A stretch of DNA of 64,000 bases from Saccostrea echinata (GCF_033153115.1 NW_026889751.1:23498001-23562000), one strand, 5' to 3'; shown: positions 38,839-53,400, numbered from the stretch's first letter. The notes: a model not told the origin generated them from the sequence alone. Program-made: numbers and translations.

Positions 38839-41800
38839 GCACTGATGTGTAAAGTAAGTAACAACTTACTGTTGTGAAAGTATTGACAGGTAAATTAATA
38901 GCAGTTTGCCATATACTAGTAATCAAAATTATTTTAGTATAATGTCACACTGTGCCATAATACTCATGTTGAAACTTGGCATTAGAAACTGAACACATGA
39001 TAAATATCAGAGGAACTTCGAGTTAAACTTAAGGGCGTTAAAAAAGTTGTTTCTTTACCCTGGCAATCTACCGCACAATACCTTAAAACTGGAATCAACG
39101 ATGGGTGATTTGAATCCAAGTATCAGACCAATGATTGAAGGTTTTTCTGATCTTTTTTCTGTCACTGTCGAAACTGACGAAAGTCGAGTGCAATTTGCAC
39201 GAGATCGGAAATATGTCCAACAACAATTTGAATCCCGAACTCGATTTTATTACGCCAGTGTGTTACGAATCTGGGTGGTTCGCCCCTTATTACCTGTTCG
39301 TGCTGAGTGGTTTCGCGTCATTTCCCTGTTCGCCCTAAGTGGATTCGCTCCGAGTGGTTTTCTTCAAACATACACTGTACTTGATGTTTATTTAAGCAAA
39401 AGCCGTTTGATCAGTGCATGTTTAGACTAACATAATTATTGAGCACTTCAATTAAATTCAATTGTGTCTATGAGTTGCCGATTAATACTATAAATAATTA
39501 TGTACGATTTTAACGATGATACGAACTTATTTTTAAAATAATCACAAACGTGGAAAAAATTCATCTATATTACAATAATAATTATGTAAAATACATAAGT
39601 TTAGTTTAATCGTTTCAATTTTATTCAGATAATCTCCACGCCTCTTTTTTCTGAAATGTTAACAGAGAAGGCAGTCCGATCCTCAGGTTCTGAAAATCAT
39701 TTAAGTGATTGAAAATGCTCACAAAAATGTCTCTGACTTCACAGAGTAACGTGAATTTAGTCTTGGTATTTCTTCAAAGTTCATCATTATAGTTAATCAC
39801 ATTATATAGGGAAAATTACCAAATTTTGCGCTATGTAGAGATCTGTATTTTAATCAGATTGGGGGTGTTGGTACCAAAATATTATTTGATAAATTATTTC
39901 ATCAGGATTTTTGCATTATGTTTAAATTGCTAAGGAAAGCTCAAATTGATTTGTAAACGATAAAGATTTTTTCCCTACTAACTCCACAGAAAATATGATT
40001 TATACAATTTCCTGGTCTAAAAAGTAGCTTATCAACATAAATACCATAGATTCCAAAATCCTTATTCTATCATAATTAAATTGCTTCGAAGAAATTGAAG
40101 TTATCGTACATGATAATAGTGAAATTAAGCAATAAATTTAGGATGGAGAGGTTGAAAGACTGGCATACATGTACATGTATTTACCTAATTAATTTATTTA
40201 ATTAATTTATCCAAGGTTTAAAGATAACATTCAAAAATGAATACAGTAAGGTAAAAAGTAAATTTACAAACATCAGATATTTGATTTAAACGTTGAATGT
40301 TATCTGTAAACTTTAGAAAGTGACACATAACTCTTAAAACATCCTCCCTTCCGACCATTCAGTTACAGCGTGCTAGTCCGCCATGTACAACAATTGCAGC
40401 TCGATTTGTACGATGCATTAGGTTTATCAATCTATTGATCTGAGCGAAAGAAATATTCTTAGGCATTTTCAAGTGCCTGTTTTTCAGATATTGAGGTCGA
40501 ATTTTCTCTAACCTGGCAAAATGTAGTAACCCTTGGACTTCCGGTCAAAGAACTGTCATTCATGCTTATGAAACGCATGAGCCTGATGAGTCATTATGTA
40601 ATGCATATTTGCATCTGCAACTCTCTTTTACCTTTATTTTGAGAATTTCCAGCAAGGGCAATGAAAATGCGTGCTTTCAGCCATTTTGAGGAAATATTTG
40701 CATCACATCGGGAAAAGAAAGAAGGATTTGTTTTTCGGAATATTAGTGCAATACTTATGATTAACAGCTACAAACCCATGAAAACCCAAATTATTGTTAA
40801 ATGTTTTATTAAACATGCATTTTTTGATTTCTGTTAATAGGGTCAAAATCAACTTCCGGTAATGGAATGAAAATCATTCAACCGCTAAATTACTGATTTG
40901 GCAAAGTTGAAGATGTCCTAACTTTTTAAGTACAAAGTTATAACCTGTCTATAACTTCCTCCCTAAATTTAGGATGTTGCGTTTCTTGTGCGTTTCAGTA
41001 CATTATTAATGATTTGAAATTAGGATTTACTTTCAGAGAGCCATTAAAAAAATCAAAAAAATATTCTTCAAGTCTGTTTTTGAATTTTTAAAGAACACTG
41101 AATTAAAGACGGTGTGAATTTTAACCATATTTTCTATACAATCATGTAAAAGACCTTTTGATTGTTTTTTGCATTGTCCAATTTGTTGGTGTATTGCAGT
41201 GCAATACAATGCAAATTATTTTTAATTAATTCAATAAGCAGAATTAACCGGCTTTCAAATGAAAAAAAAACTCATCTGTCATAGAAGTATATTTATTAGT
41301 CTGAATGTTTCACATATATCCAAACTAGTCGTTGATAGAAAAAAAAATCAGCAATACGTAAGTTCATCGTAAAGTCTTTTGACGTATTAATTATTGATTG
41401 TAAAAATATGGATTCATTTCAAAAGAACAATCATATGAAAATGCATATACAAATACTTCATGTATTCTCTTTTGAAAATCTTTTAAAATCACTGACGTTT
41501 TGTTTTGTTTTTTATCTTACAGTTCAAAACCCTTGCTATGCTGAAACTGCATGAGTCACAACATTGTCACTCATCAGATAATCATGAGAATATTTTATCT
41601 ATTTCAATATTTCACATCCCAACTAGTTCGTTCAACTGAAAATCAACAACACGTAACTTCGTCGTAGAGTTTTTTTGACTCTAAAATTGATTGAAAATTC
41701 GAATTTATATTACTAGAAACATCAGATTGGAAAAATATGTTTTAAAAAAATTCCATACAATCTGTTTTAAGACTTTTTAAAAAGTATTATAGTGTGAATT

Positions 41801-42665
41801 TAAATCATATTTTAATAAAATCACTTAAAAACAAAATTTGACTAAGTTTATAATGATTAGCCAATTTAAAGGGCATTGCAATTATATTTATCTTTTTAAA
41901 TAAGCAGATATGAAAAAAAAAAACCTCATCCGTCAAAGAGATACATGTATATTCACTCTTCTAGATACATGTAGTTCACATATATACCCACACTAATCAT
42001 TTGATTTAAAAAAAAAATAACCTACTCATATTAATATACTCCGCGTAATATCCAGTAATTTAATATAATAATAATTTGATATAATAATAATTTAATATAA
42101 TAATAATTTATAATTTCCGAAATATACATATTCTCTTCATAACACGATATATACATGATATGTTTTAACAAATCATGAACAACAAAATTTAATTTAAGCT
42201 ATAGTTTTTTCCCTTTCCTGATATCGAAATTTGAGTAATTTGTTATTTTGGAAAAATTAAACATCATATTTTTATTTTGCATCCTTCTAACAATAAGAAT
42301 TTAATAATTTCTTTTCTTTTTTGTTTTGTTTGTTTGTTTGTTTGTTTTTTTTAAAAAAATATTTCTTACATTTTCTCCCTAATGTTTTCTATTTTATTGA
42401 AAAATTTTCTGTGTATCGAGTGTGCGTAAAATTGAACTTCTGATTCTTCTTGTATTTGTCTTTTCCCAATAAGATTCTGATAATTTCAACTGGATGGGTT
42501 GTTTAGTAGTTAATACTTTTTCTCTCCTTTTTTCTTTTTCACTGCGGAATTCAACGACGGATCATTCGCGCTCGTACGTGTGTCTGTGTGTGTGGGTATG
42601 TCTGTGTGTTAACCCTGCTTATGATTTTCATACAGCTATCTTCTCTATTCTGTCTGCTATTCAGG

Positions 42666-42705
42666 ACAGGTGTTGATAATCTGTCCATTCTCAGCCAGAT
42701 GTTGG
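42666..42705 (+). promoter_or_regulatory. Proximal promoter block conserved between the two VWA paralogs
   Basis: acaggtgttgataatc....ccattctcagccagatgttgg is nearly identical to 54217-54256, while flanking non-coding DNA is not alignable by eye. Confidence 0.6.
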
Positions 42706-42745
42706 AGTGACAAGTTCACAGAGCGTGCTGGACAGAGTCGGAACC

Positions 42746-45700
42746 ATGCTTGGAATGAAATCATTGTTAGTACTGCTGGCAATCACCGTCCAAGTGTGGG
42801 CACAAGTACCCGCAGGTAACACATTTAATGAATTTCAAATATTACAAAATAAAATCCATCAAATATCAAAGGAACTATATTAATTCTTTGTACTAAGATA
42901 ATAACATTAAGTAAAAAAAAATATGTTGTCTGCTGGAATTCATATAATTTGTTTTAATCAAAAAGATCATGAACTCAGAAATTAAATTTCAACGAGTGAA
43001 TACCATTTCTTTTCATAAAGTGACATATCAAATAAGTACGATTGATATCGCGATAAAATTTAATCTTCAATGAATAAAGATAGTAGTTTATAAATAGAAC
43101 ATTCGGCATATTGTGTGCACGTGGTACGTCCAATCACAAGTAATGTACACATGTGTTAGGTTTTTTTTTTGATTTAATAGAAAACAGTGATATAATTAAG
43201 AATTAATTCATTTCCAATTTGTTGCACAAATCTCATTCTTTATGTCTCATCAGAAAAGAAATTACAGAAAGTATTTTAAGGCCAACAGTGTACAAAGTAT
43301 TTTTTGTAAACATGGCGAACGGATAGACATGCAGTATCGCAGAATTCACTGTTAAGACAACACCAATTGAAATTTTCTATAGTGAGTCGCTGTTTGGTTT
43401 TATTTGTGAAGAGAATTCTATAGAAATTATTTGGAGAAAAAATTAGGCTAACGCAAATATTGCTCTTACTACAAATAAAGTCTCAAGTCATTCTAAGCTT
43501 TTTTTTTTGGTTTTCGAAACAAACAGATACCTTCTCGCATTCGCTAAACTAAGTATTTGATGATTCCAGGTCACAAGAGCCGGAATTTTGTTTTTAAATG
43601 AAAAATAAGACCATCTCATACTGTGAATAAATATTTGTAGAACTTCTCACATTCATTTTCTGCTGAAATACGATGTTTCGAAAATAAGACAAAGTTTACA
43701 TTTATTGCATTTAAACAGGATGTAGGTCTAAGCTGGACATTGTGATTCTACTGGACGCCTCTTACAGTGAAGGACAGGCAAATTTTAATAAACAACTAAA
43801 ATTTGTGGATAATTTCGTTAGCCAATTCAATATAGGATCAGATGCCACTCAGATCAGCGTTGTCCCGTTTGCCACGTCGGTATACAACGCCTTTTCCTTA
43901 AATACACACTCAGCCAAACCAGGTCTCATCAGTGCCATTCAAAACATACCTTACAGACCGGGAGCAACTTACCTTGACAGGGCGCTCACTTATACGGAAA
44001 CTACCTCATTCTTGCCTCAAAATGGAGGAAGACCAGATGCCGAAAAATTAGTTTTCCTATTGACTAATGGACATTGGTCTAACCAAGCTAACACCATGTG
44101 CGTATCTCTTAAAAATTATTTCTTATTTAAACTCGCACTTTCTAAAGGAAGTTTGGGATATTGCTGTTGTTATCATGGTCCGTCCGTCTGTCCGTTACAT
44201 GTATGTCACACTTTCTTCTTCCCCAAACTACTCTTACATTCTAAGCAATAGCCAACTCTTTTCAAGTATGATTGCTGGGCATTGAACAAGTGCAAAAAGA
44301 CTTTGAAATTTTCATTTTTACCTTGGGTGCAAAATGGGGGTGAAAAATCCCAGTTTTTCTACAAAACACTGGTTCCCTGAACTTCTTTGACACAGATGTT
44401 TTTTCTGAGGAGAAAAAACCTGATTACCTGAACTCCTCTTAAAATTTTAGCAGTCATCAACTCATCTTTTGGAATATGATTGGTGGTTTCTTGGAGAAGT
44501 GCAAAAAGGTTTATAAATTTCGGTTTTCACCCTGGGGGGATTGGGGGTCAAAAACGTCGTTTTTCTACAAAAAACCCCTGGTTCTCTGAACTTCTACATT
44601 TTTCTCAGTAGTCAAATCATATTTTGGAGTGTGATTGGGAGTGTACTGTAGATGTGCAGTAGGATTTTGGAATCTCAATTTTCATTCTGGGAGCGATTGG
44701 GATCAAAAATATTCTTATACAAAAACCTGGTTCCCTGAACTCCTCATACGTTTATTTGCAGAAGCCAACTTATCTTTTGGAATATGATTGGTGGTCTCAA
44801 ATACATGTGCAACAAGGTTTTGGAATTGCTATGATTTTCACCCGTGAAGGGGGATTAGGGGTCAAAAAGCATCGTTTATCCATAAAAACCTGGTTCCCTG
44901 AACTCCTGTAATATTTTTCGCAGTAGTCAAATGGTATTTTAGAATGTGATTGTGAGTGTCCTCTAAAAGTGCAAGAGGTTTTTGAATTTTGATTTTCACA
45001 TTGGGAGACAGCTGGGGGGTAAAACGATGTTTATATCTACAAAAACCTGGTTTCCTGAACTCCTCTTACATTTTGTTAGTACCCAACTCATCTTTTGGGA
45101 AATGAATGGGAGTGTGTATTACTGTCTTATGACAGCATCGATTTAAACTTAGCTTTCGAGTTTTTATGTTTCTCCTTTTCAAACGCACATTAAACAGTCT
45201 TTCAATTTGTTTTTTCATCATAGCGTGAATGGCCATCAGATGTACTGTGTATCTTATCTGAGGATCAATTGTTTGCTTTCAGTCTTGCCCTCTTTCCTTT
45301 CTAGTGGGTGGTGTCCATATCATTGCTACTAAAAGAGTACATTTAATGCAGGCATGTCCAATCAGTCTTCTTTCTGCTTGTTTTTCAATACATTACATGT
45401 AATAAAGAATGGTTGTTACTCGCACTATGCATTCATGTAGCTCCTCTTAAGAAATGGTCCATCGCACAATTATATGGATACCGGTATATCAAACTGGAAG
45501 ATACTTTGTATTCACATTATACTTGTTTACATTCCCTACGAAACTCCCCCCCCCCCCCCCCCCCACACACACACACTCACATACAGAATAGATTTAAACA
45601 ACAACAACAAAATCGAAACACGTAATTTTAAAGAAATTACAACAGAAACATTTTTACTTATTTCAGAATTCTTAGTATATGTCCGTTTAAGGTAGTTTCA

Positions 45701-48700
45701 AAACTTATTAAATTCGTGTGCTGTCCGTACTTTGCATATATATTATTGTTTACCAGATTTAAATATAGTTTTCTCTCGTATGAATTCTCCTTACATATTA
45801 CTTTACCCTTAATCATTAATTATAAAACCTAGGTGTACATAGAAAAAATATATAGCCTTTTACATTCAAAATACGTAACAAATTAATAGTGCTTAAAATT
45901 GTAACATCCATGGTCATTATCTCTATTAGTACATAAATCTTATCCTGGTTTGGTTTTGCTTGTAGATCCGAAGCCCAAAAATTGCACTTTTCTGGTGTAG
46001 AGGTTTTTGCTGTTGGTATCGGTAATTACGTTTCTAATTTTGAGCTAGAATCCATTGCTAGCGATTATACCAATGTTTTCCAAGTACAGAACTTTGATCT
46101 ACTGAACACCATCCAAAGTCAATTGACCAACGCGGCATGTCAGAAAGCGGCCTTACGTAAGCTCTTTATTGGATCAAATATCTTGAACTTAGCTCTACCC
46201 ATTTGACCATCATATAACATTTTCAGAGAAACTAAGAATAACTTCTCTTTACCTAAGTATTTCTTTTAAATTCAGATTGTCAATCAACAATTGCAGACAT
46301 TGTGTTTGCCATAGATTCTTCTTCGACCATCTCAACCATAGACTTTTCCAAACAGATGCTTTTTATTAAGCATCTTGTAAGGCAATACAACGTGGGATTA
46401 AATGACACACAATTTAGTATAGTGTTTTTTGACAAAAGAGTCCATGTAGAATTTCATCTGAATAATTATCAATCTAAAACACAAGTTCTGGGGGCCATTT
46501 CTAGTATTACATATCCATATGCCTATGGATCGACAAACGTGAACGAGGCTCTGGAATATATTGCCAACAACACCTTCAAATCCACCAACGGTGGTAGAGC
46601 AGGAGTAGAACGCTGGGTAATTGTTCTCACAGACGGAACATATCCATATTCACCGGCTACCGCAACATCGGCCGCATCAGATAAACTTCACAAAATGGGA
46701 ATAGAGGTCATTTCCATTGGTGTAGGAAGCAAAAGCAACAAGGCGGAGCTGGAAGCTACTGCTACTGACCCACAATATGTTTTTAAAGTAGACACCTACG
46801 ATGATCTGTACTCAGTGATGACAAACATAGAATCAATCACTTGTGATTATAATGGTACTTTAATATTTAATCAAATTTTGTATTGAGGCATTTTATCTTG
46901 ACAGAAATAGCACGCAAAATTACTACCTTGAAACATTTCTTTTTTTTTCAATTCGTTGTCTATTTTGTGTGGTAGCTTGTCATGGAAGTAAGGCAGACAT
47001 CGTGTTTCTATTGGATTCCTCTGCCAGTGAAGGGAGGGACAATTTTAATTACCAACTTCAATTTCTTCAAAACTTTACACTTAAGTTTGACATTGGACCT
47101 GACGCTGTTCAGATTGGTCTGACAACATTTTCCACCAAACCCCATGGTCATTTCTGGCTTGACATGTACCATAACAAGACTGACCTTGTTAATGCCATCG
47201 ACAACGTCCCATACATTCCTGGAAGCACGTATACCGATCTTGGTCTGAAGTTTGCTCTGGTAAGTCCAATGAAGATTTTTTTTGGTGTAAGCATCTTGTG
47301 TATAGAACAGAAATCACAAATTGGTACAGTCCATTTTAGAATGAAAGTTTCAGCCCCAAAAATGGAGCTCGAGATGAAAGCATACCTAAAATACTGGTAG
47401 TATTGACCGACGGACAATCTACGGACCCAATGGTGACAGCTTTAATGGCTGACCGTCTGCACAAACATGGTATCAAGGTCATCACTATAGGAATTGGTCA
47501 GGATGTGCGCAGTTCTGAGTTGACTGTTATTGCTACAGACAAATACCACGTGTTCACTGCTACTGATTTTAAATCCCTCGCATCTGTCCAAAAGGATTTG
47601 CAGATAGAAATCTGTAGAAGTGAGACATGCTATTGAAAGATGTACTATGTTGCCTTTATAAAATTCCTGTTAGTATTTGATGTGAGACATAAGACGACTG
47701 ACATTCCCTCTTTTACTTACAGATGAAAAACCAAGTACAGGCAAGTTTTCTTCGTATTCATTTATGTACTTATACCAGTATTGCAAAGTTGAAATGCAAA
47801 AACTTAAAGTAGATCAGCGAAATGAACAATTTCGAGCGTTTACTGATAGGATAGTTTCTATCTCGTGAACTGTTTCACTCTATTTTTATGGAGTTTAGTA
47901 AACAGGACATAGTAAAATTGAATTTTTACTGCTTTAGTTTTAAAAGCTATTAGTAATATAAAAGCCACTGATATGTTTTTATAAAACCAAGTCAACATTA
48001 ATCAATGATACATATTACATGAAATATGTCATTCGCTAATTAATTAAATTTGATTTTTTGCAAAGTTAAACATACCGGTAGTTCACTATCGACAAAAATG
48101 GTAAAATACTTTTTAATGGATATATAATTATAAAGTATATCATCAATGATTACAACAGTGATATATCCTTATTCATTGTTTTCAGAGTGTGGTGATAGAG
48201 AAGCAGACATTGTGTTCATTCTGGACGATTCCGGAAGTGAGGGTGCCAGCAATTTCAAGAAAGAATTAAACTTTACTGCCGATTTTATTAAGGGATTTCA
48301 AATTGGGAAACAGCACGTTCAGTTTGGTCTGGTTACATATTCAAGTTATGCAAGAAACCAATTTTATTTCAACACATACCATGATATACAGTCCATTTTA
48401 CATAAATTAAATACTGTTTTTTACACTGGTGGAGCTACACATACCGAATATGGTCTCACCAGTGCTAGATACCAATATTACTCATACCATGGAGCAAGAC
48501 CTAACGCTCAGAAAATTGCCATTGTCTTGACGAATAAAATTTCTTATTCCACAACTAAGACGATTGCAGAGGCTAACGCACTAAAAGCTCTAGGTGTAAA
48601 AGTGATTTCGGTTGGTATTGGTAAAAATATCAGTCAAATGGAATTGAATGGAATTGCCACAGACTTACAGCATGTGTTCACTGTTGCAGACTTTGATGAT

Positions 48701-51668
48701 CTTAAGTCGATACAATACAAGATTAAAACTGCTGCATGTTCCAGTAAGTTTATTTCCCACAATTTGTTTCCATTTTGTGAGAATTACTCAAAATAGGCAA
48801 ATTATGATAAAGGAATATATTTTTCTTGCAGTTCCAAATCCGCCTATTATTGATCCAGGTAAAAAAGAATAATTTTTTAAAACTATATGTATGTATCTAT
48901 TGGATTGACAAAATTCTAGTATCTATATGCCAATGCATTAAAATATGCATTATCACTAAAAAAACAAAAATATATGTATAATTGTTCAAATGTTGTATTC
49001 GATAAGTTAGAAATTATTCGCCAGGAAAAGAAATGTAGTAGTTCAAAAAGTCAAGGAAGGAGAACCTTAAAAAGCTTTGTGTTTCAGAGTGTGGAAAATT
49101 GGATATTGTTTTCTTTCTCGACTCCTCAAGGACCAAGAGAAAAATCAACTTCAATAAGATGCTAACGTTTGTTCAGAACTTCACTAAACAGTTTGAGATT
49201 AATCCACAGAACGCACAGGTTGGAGTGGTTACGTTTTCTACCAGTGTACACGAGAGAATCAGTCTTGACCAATACAGGTAAAGACAGTAAAACAGCGAAC
49301 ACACATTTAAAGAATTTACACTTAAAGCGACATAATTTTTATTCCCCGTAGAAACAAAACATATAATGAAGTTATTAAATATAATGAATTTCGCTTATAA
49401 CGAAACTAAATTGTTCATCCCTGCAACACTGCTATAAGAATATTTCAGTGAAGATCAAAGGTAACTTTTCGATGAATCATATCCATATGCGTTTATAGCT
49501 AAGGATAAGGTTAATATTTACATTATTTTCTTCCAAGAATGTTTTTATTCATCTTTAATATTGACAGTTAAAAGCCTGGTAATAGGTAATGGACCTTAAC
49601 TCAAAGTTAAGAATATTTTCTCTAAATGTAGTGATAAAACAGCCTTACTTGCTGCGATCTCTGGCATCTATTATGATGGAGGAGGAACATACACAGACAA
49701 AGCTTTACAGTATGCCAGAACACAGGCCTTCCTTCCGTCCCATGGTGGAAGAACCAATGCTAGCAGCATCGTGGTAGTCATGACGGACGGGCGTTCTTTC
49801 AAGTACTTTTAGAAATATTCAATACTCATAACTTCAATCAGGGTATCAAAGATTTTAATTTTTATCGTATATACAACTTCAAGAAAAAAGCTGGGTTATG
49901 TTTTAGAAGCACCTAATGCTTACAACATCTTTGCAGTTTACATACAGATCGTATGATAGACTAATTCATCATACAAGTATGTTTTTCATGTGTATGCAAC
50001 ATTTATTTTGTTCCTTTATCACACAAAATAAAAGGAAACCAAAGTGCAATGAAAGAAAAGCGTGATTTGTACATTTCATTTTATTTAATGTAATTTCAAT
50101 GTCCTGTCGAGCCTCTTTAACACAAACGCTTTTGTTCCCTAGCAAACTGTCCGGATAAATGAAGCGTCCGATATAATGAAACGTACCTTCTATAGTATTT
50201 AGTATAAATATAAATTCTGTTAACCACAAATTTCGCTCAGAAGGTGAATTGTTTAGCGTTTGGGTTACCGAATCGCAATCTGCCTAAAGTTTATAATGTA
50301 CAAAAGCATTCTTATGGAAAGTCAAACGAATTAGACAATCCGTGTCAATACCAAAATTGTTTTCTTTCTTCATCTTTTTAGTCATGCAAAAACTCTACAG
50401 GAAGCTGCAGCCTTGAAATCCCAACCAAATATGAAGGTGATTGCCATTGGTATTGGATCCGGAGTCAACCAACAAGAATTGAACAGTATAGCCAGTGACT
50501 CACAGCACGCTTTCTATGTTGCTAACTTTGACGTCTTGAACAAACTTAACTCGGAGCTTGAGTTCACTTCGTGTCAAAGTGAGTATCATTTATTGCCTTC
50601 ATTTCTCAGTCTGGATTGAATAAGAGTGTAATTAATTGTAACCTTTTCCTTCTCAGCGTGTGGTTTTATCCAGACAGCTGACATCATCTTTGCACTGGAT
50701 TCATCCAGTAGAGTAGGACTGATCAACTTACAGAAAGAAATGGACTTGGTTCAGTCGTTTGTGAGAGATCTCCCTGTTGGTCCCAACAACGTACAATTCA
50801 GCGTTGTGTCGTTTGGGTCAGTTGTTCAAAATAACTTCTACCTGAACCAGTACACACAGAAGAGGCCCGTTCTAGATGCAATACAACAAACAGACTATGT
50901 CGGGGGTTCAACTCAGACTTCAAAAGTGCTGAAGTATATAAGGGAGCACAACATCCTTTCAATGAATGGGGCGCGTTCTAACTCCTCACTGTTCGTTGTT
51001 GTCCTCACAGAAAGCATGTCCACAAACAAAAGCGCCACCTTGACGGAAGCTAATTTGCTAAAGGCATGCGGGGCAACCGTTGTCGCTATCGGCATTGGAT
51101 CGAATGTTGACAGTACCGAACTGAATTCTATTGCTTCAGATCCTAACCATGTCTTCAAAACCCAAAATTTTGACACGTTGCAGACTCTCAAAGAGGATAT
51201 TAAAAAAGTTGCATGTGAGGGTAAGATGATAAATATTCCAAACCTGGTCTCAGATAATGACATTTTGTAACAGAGAGTAGTTGTAAAATAGTTTCATTTG
51301 TACTATAGTAGCGTTTTACTAGTATGTACAATTTTAGTGCCACCACTATTTTTATAACATGGAATAGGAACGTAACACTTCCACAGAAAACAATTTCATG
51401 AAATTTTTCTACCTTGGATGGGTTTTTACGTAAACGATAACGTAAACGATAATTATCTAGATCTTTTGCTAATTAGGGATATACAGAGATGGTTTTCTAT
51501 TTTTAATATGATATTGTAAAGTACTTGCCGGATTAATGCCGATAAACTTGAAAAATATGATCATTCGGTAATCATATAAATGTTCAAACAATATCGCTCA
51601 GTTAAGTTAGTTTTGTTTCTTTCACAGGTGTTAATTCGACTGTTGATTCTACAGTACCAACCGTTTAG
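42746..51668 (+). CDS. Secreted six-VWA-domain protein (matrilin/collagen-VI-type VWA), paralog A, about 1182 aa
   Basis: Exons 42746-42815, 43719-44097, 45966-46156, 46276-46854, 46976-47259, 47340-47619, 47723-47740, 48186-48743, 48832-48858, 49088-49277, 49632-49802, 50382-50578, 50657-51220, 51628-51668 (3549 nt, in frame). Signal peptide MLGMKSLLVLLAITVQVWA. Six Cys-bracketed VWA domains. Confidence 0.9.
44128..45110 (-). mobile_element. HINE-like element with degenerate ~160-bp tandem units in VWA-A intron 2
   Basis: Terminal hairpin-like sequence with a gtcc/gtct microsatellite. cctggttccctgaactcct recurs at about 44577, 44726, 44889 and 45046. Confidence 0.6.
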
Positions 51669-52081
51669 GTTTGTTACATCGTTTATTACGATTTCATATA
51701 ATCATTTTAGCTGGAAAACAAACTAACAAACAAACAAAAAAACTAATTAATATGTTCACAAGTATGTCATTTCACATTTATTATTCTGTTTCATTGGCAG
51801 ACATTGCAAATTTGGAAGGAGAGCGGTATCATTAATGTATGAGATTTTATTAAGACTTTGGTGCAAGTTTTTATCGTAATAAAATCCAGAAGTTTTCTCC
51901 TCACGGTGTTCTATGGTCATCATTCGAAAATATATGTATAATTTTAGATAAAATTGGAAAGAAAAATTCTAAACTTTGAGTCTGAGTAGGGCATAAAAGC
52001 GTAAAAATCTCATCTCAGTTGAACTGACTAAGCCTTTTGTCGTCTTTTTCGATCATGAAAAGGCACAGTAAAAATAAGTAT

Positions 52082-53400
52082 TAAGCTCACCCGAGCCAAG
52101 GATTTTGTGAGCTTTTCTGATTGAAGGGTATTCGGCTTCCGTCTGCCATATGTCATCCGTCATTTGTCGCAGAAGGAACTCAGATTATTTGAAACAACGA
52201 ACCACAAGAGAGATTGATTAAAAAATAAACAAAATATGTTGGGGCCATTCAAAAATCTTCTTGAGAACAGTAAAGTCATGATTATAGTCGGGTTGAAATG
52301 GTGTTGTGCAGATTGAAGTTTGTACCGGGATAAGAGTGGGGCCACGTTACAGAATGAAAAGTTTCACTGTTAATATCGGAAAATCTTTTAAAATGTCTTC
52401 TTAAGAACAACAGGACCATGATTATTCATATTAATAAAAAAGTATTCTCAGATATAGTGAAGATGCAAGTTGTAAAAATCATGACTCTTGGTGTTGAGTG
52501 CGGATCAAAGTTTTACCTGGGGATATATTGGAAGAATCATGTTCTACTAGTCATATTAGTATGCAAGTATTCTCTTAAGTTCTTATTTCTTAAGTTTGTT
52601 ATATTATAGTCCCAGGGGTTAGACTTGGGCTAAAATAGGGGATCAAAGTTTCACTTGGGGATGCATGTATCAACGTTCCATCATTAGTCACATTAATATG
52701 TGAGCATCCTCAAGTAGCGAAGATTCAAGTCTGTTCAAATCATTGCCCCCTAAGTAGGGAAGACTTGCGCCGCAATAGACCAAAGTTTAACGTGGAAATA
52801 TAAAACAAAAATTCTTTTAAAATGTTCTTCATAAGAACAGAAGAACAATAATTAATCATATCTATATGCAAATTTCCTTAGGAAGTGCAGATTCAAGCGA
52901 ATGTTCAAATGAAAGCGAATGTTCAAATGAAAGCCTCATGGGGATAAGGTGGGATCACAACAGGGGATTAATTTTTACATTGGAATATTAAACAATCTCA
53001 AGAAGGGCAAGACCCTAATTAGTTATAGTGATATGCAAGCATCCCAAAGTATTGCAGGACATCGCCCTTTGGGGTTCGGTTCAGGTAAAAAAGGGATTCG
53101 GAGTTTTTCATGAAATTTTATATATATCATATTAATATGTAAATATTCCCGGGTTGAGAGGTTTCAAGTTTTATTCTTCAAATTATATGGACCCTGGTGT
53201 AACGTTGGAGTTTAAATCATCGAACAAATATTCCACAATGTAAACGGGAAAAAATCACAGCAAGGTCATTTTAGTTATACTGATAATGAAGCATTCCCAT
53301 GTTCAGGTTTATTCATGATCCCTTGATCTAGGTTTAGGCGACAATTTTGGAATAGAACATTTTTTTAGATTAATCCTCTGATGTAGAACAGCAGGGTCAA
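52082..53400 (-). mobile_element. Degenerate HINE-like element between the VWA paralogs
   Basis: Terminal hairpin agctcacccgagcc...gtgagct followed by tttctgat and degenerate tandem units (gatcaaagttt, atatgcaag). Right boundary uncertain. Confidence 0.5.

Noticed and set aside
39047-39430. 127-aa ORF upstream of EIF1AD
   Set aside because: TTG start, no recognisable domain, and it overlaps the probable EIF1AD promoter/5'-UTR and a ttcgccc-repeat transposon remnant.
42746-51668. Calling VWA paralog A a pseudogene, or naming it COL6A/MATN
   Set aside because: All 14 exons join in frame with valid splice sites. There is no Gly-X-Y, EGF or coiled-coil region to justify those symbols.
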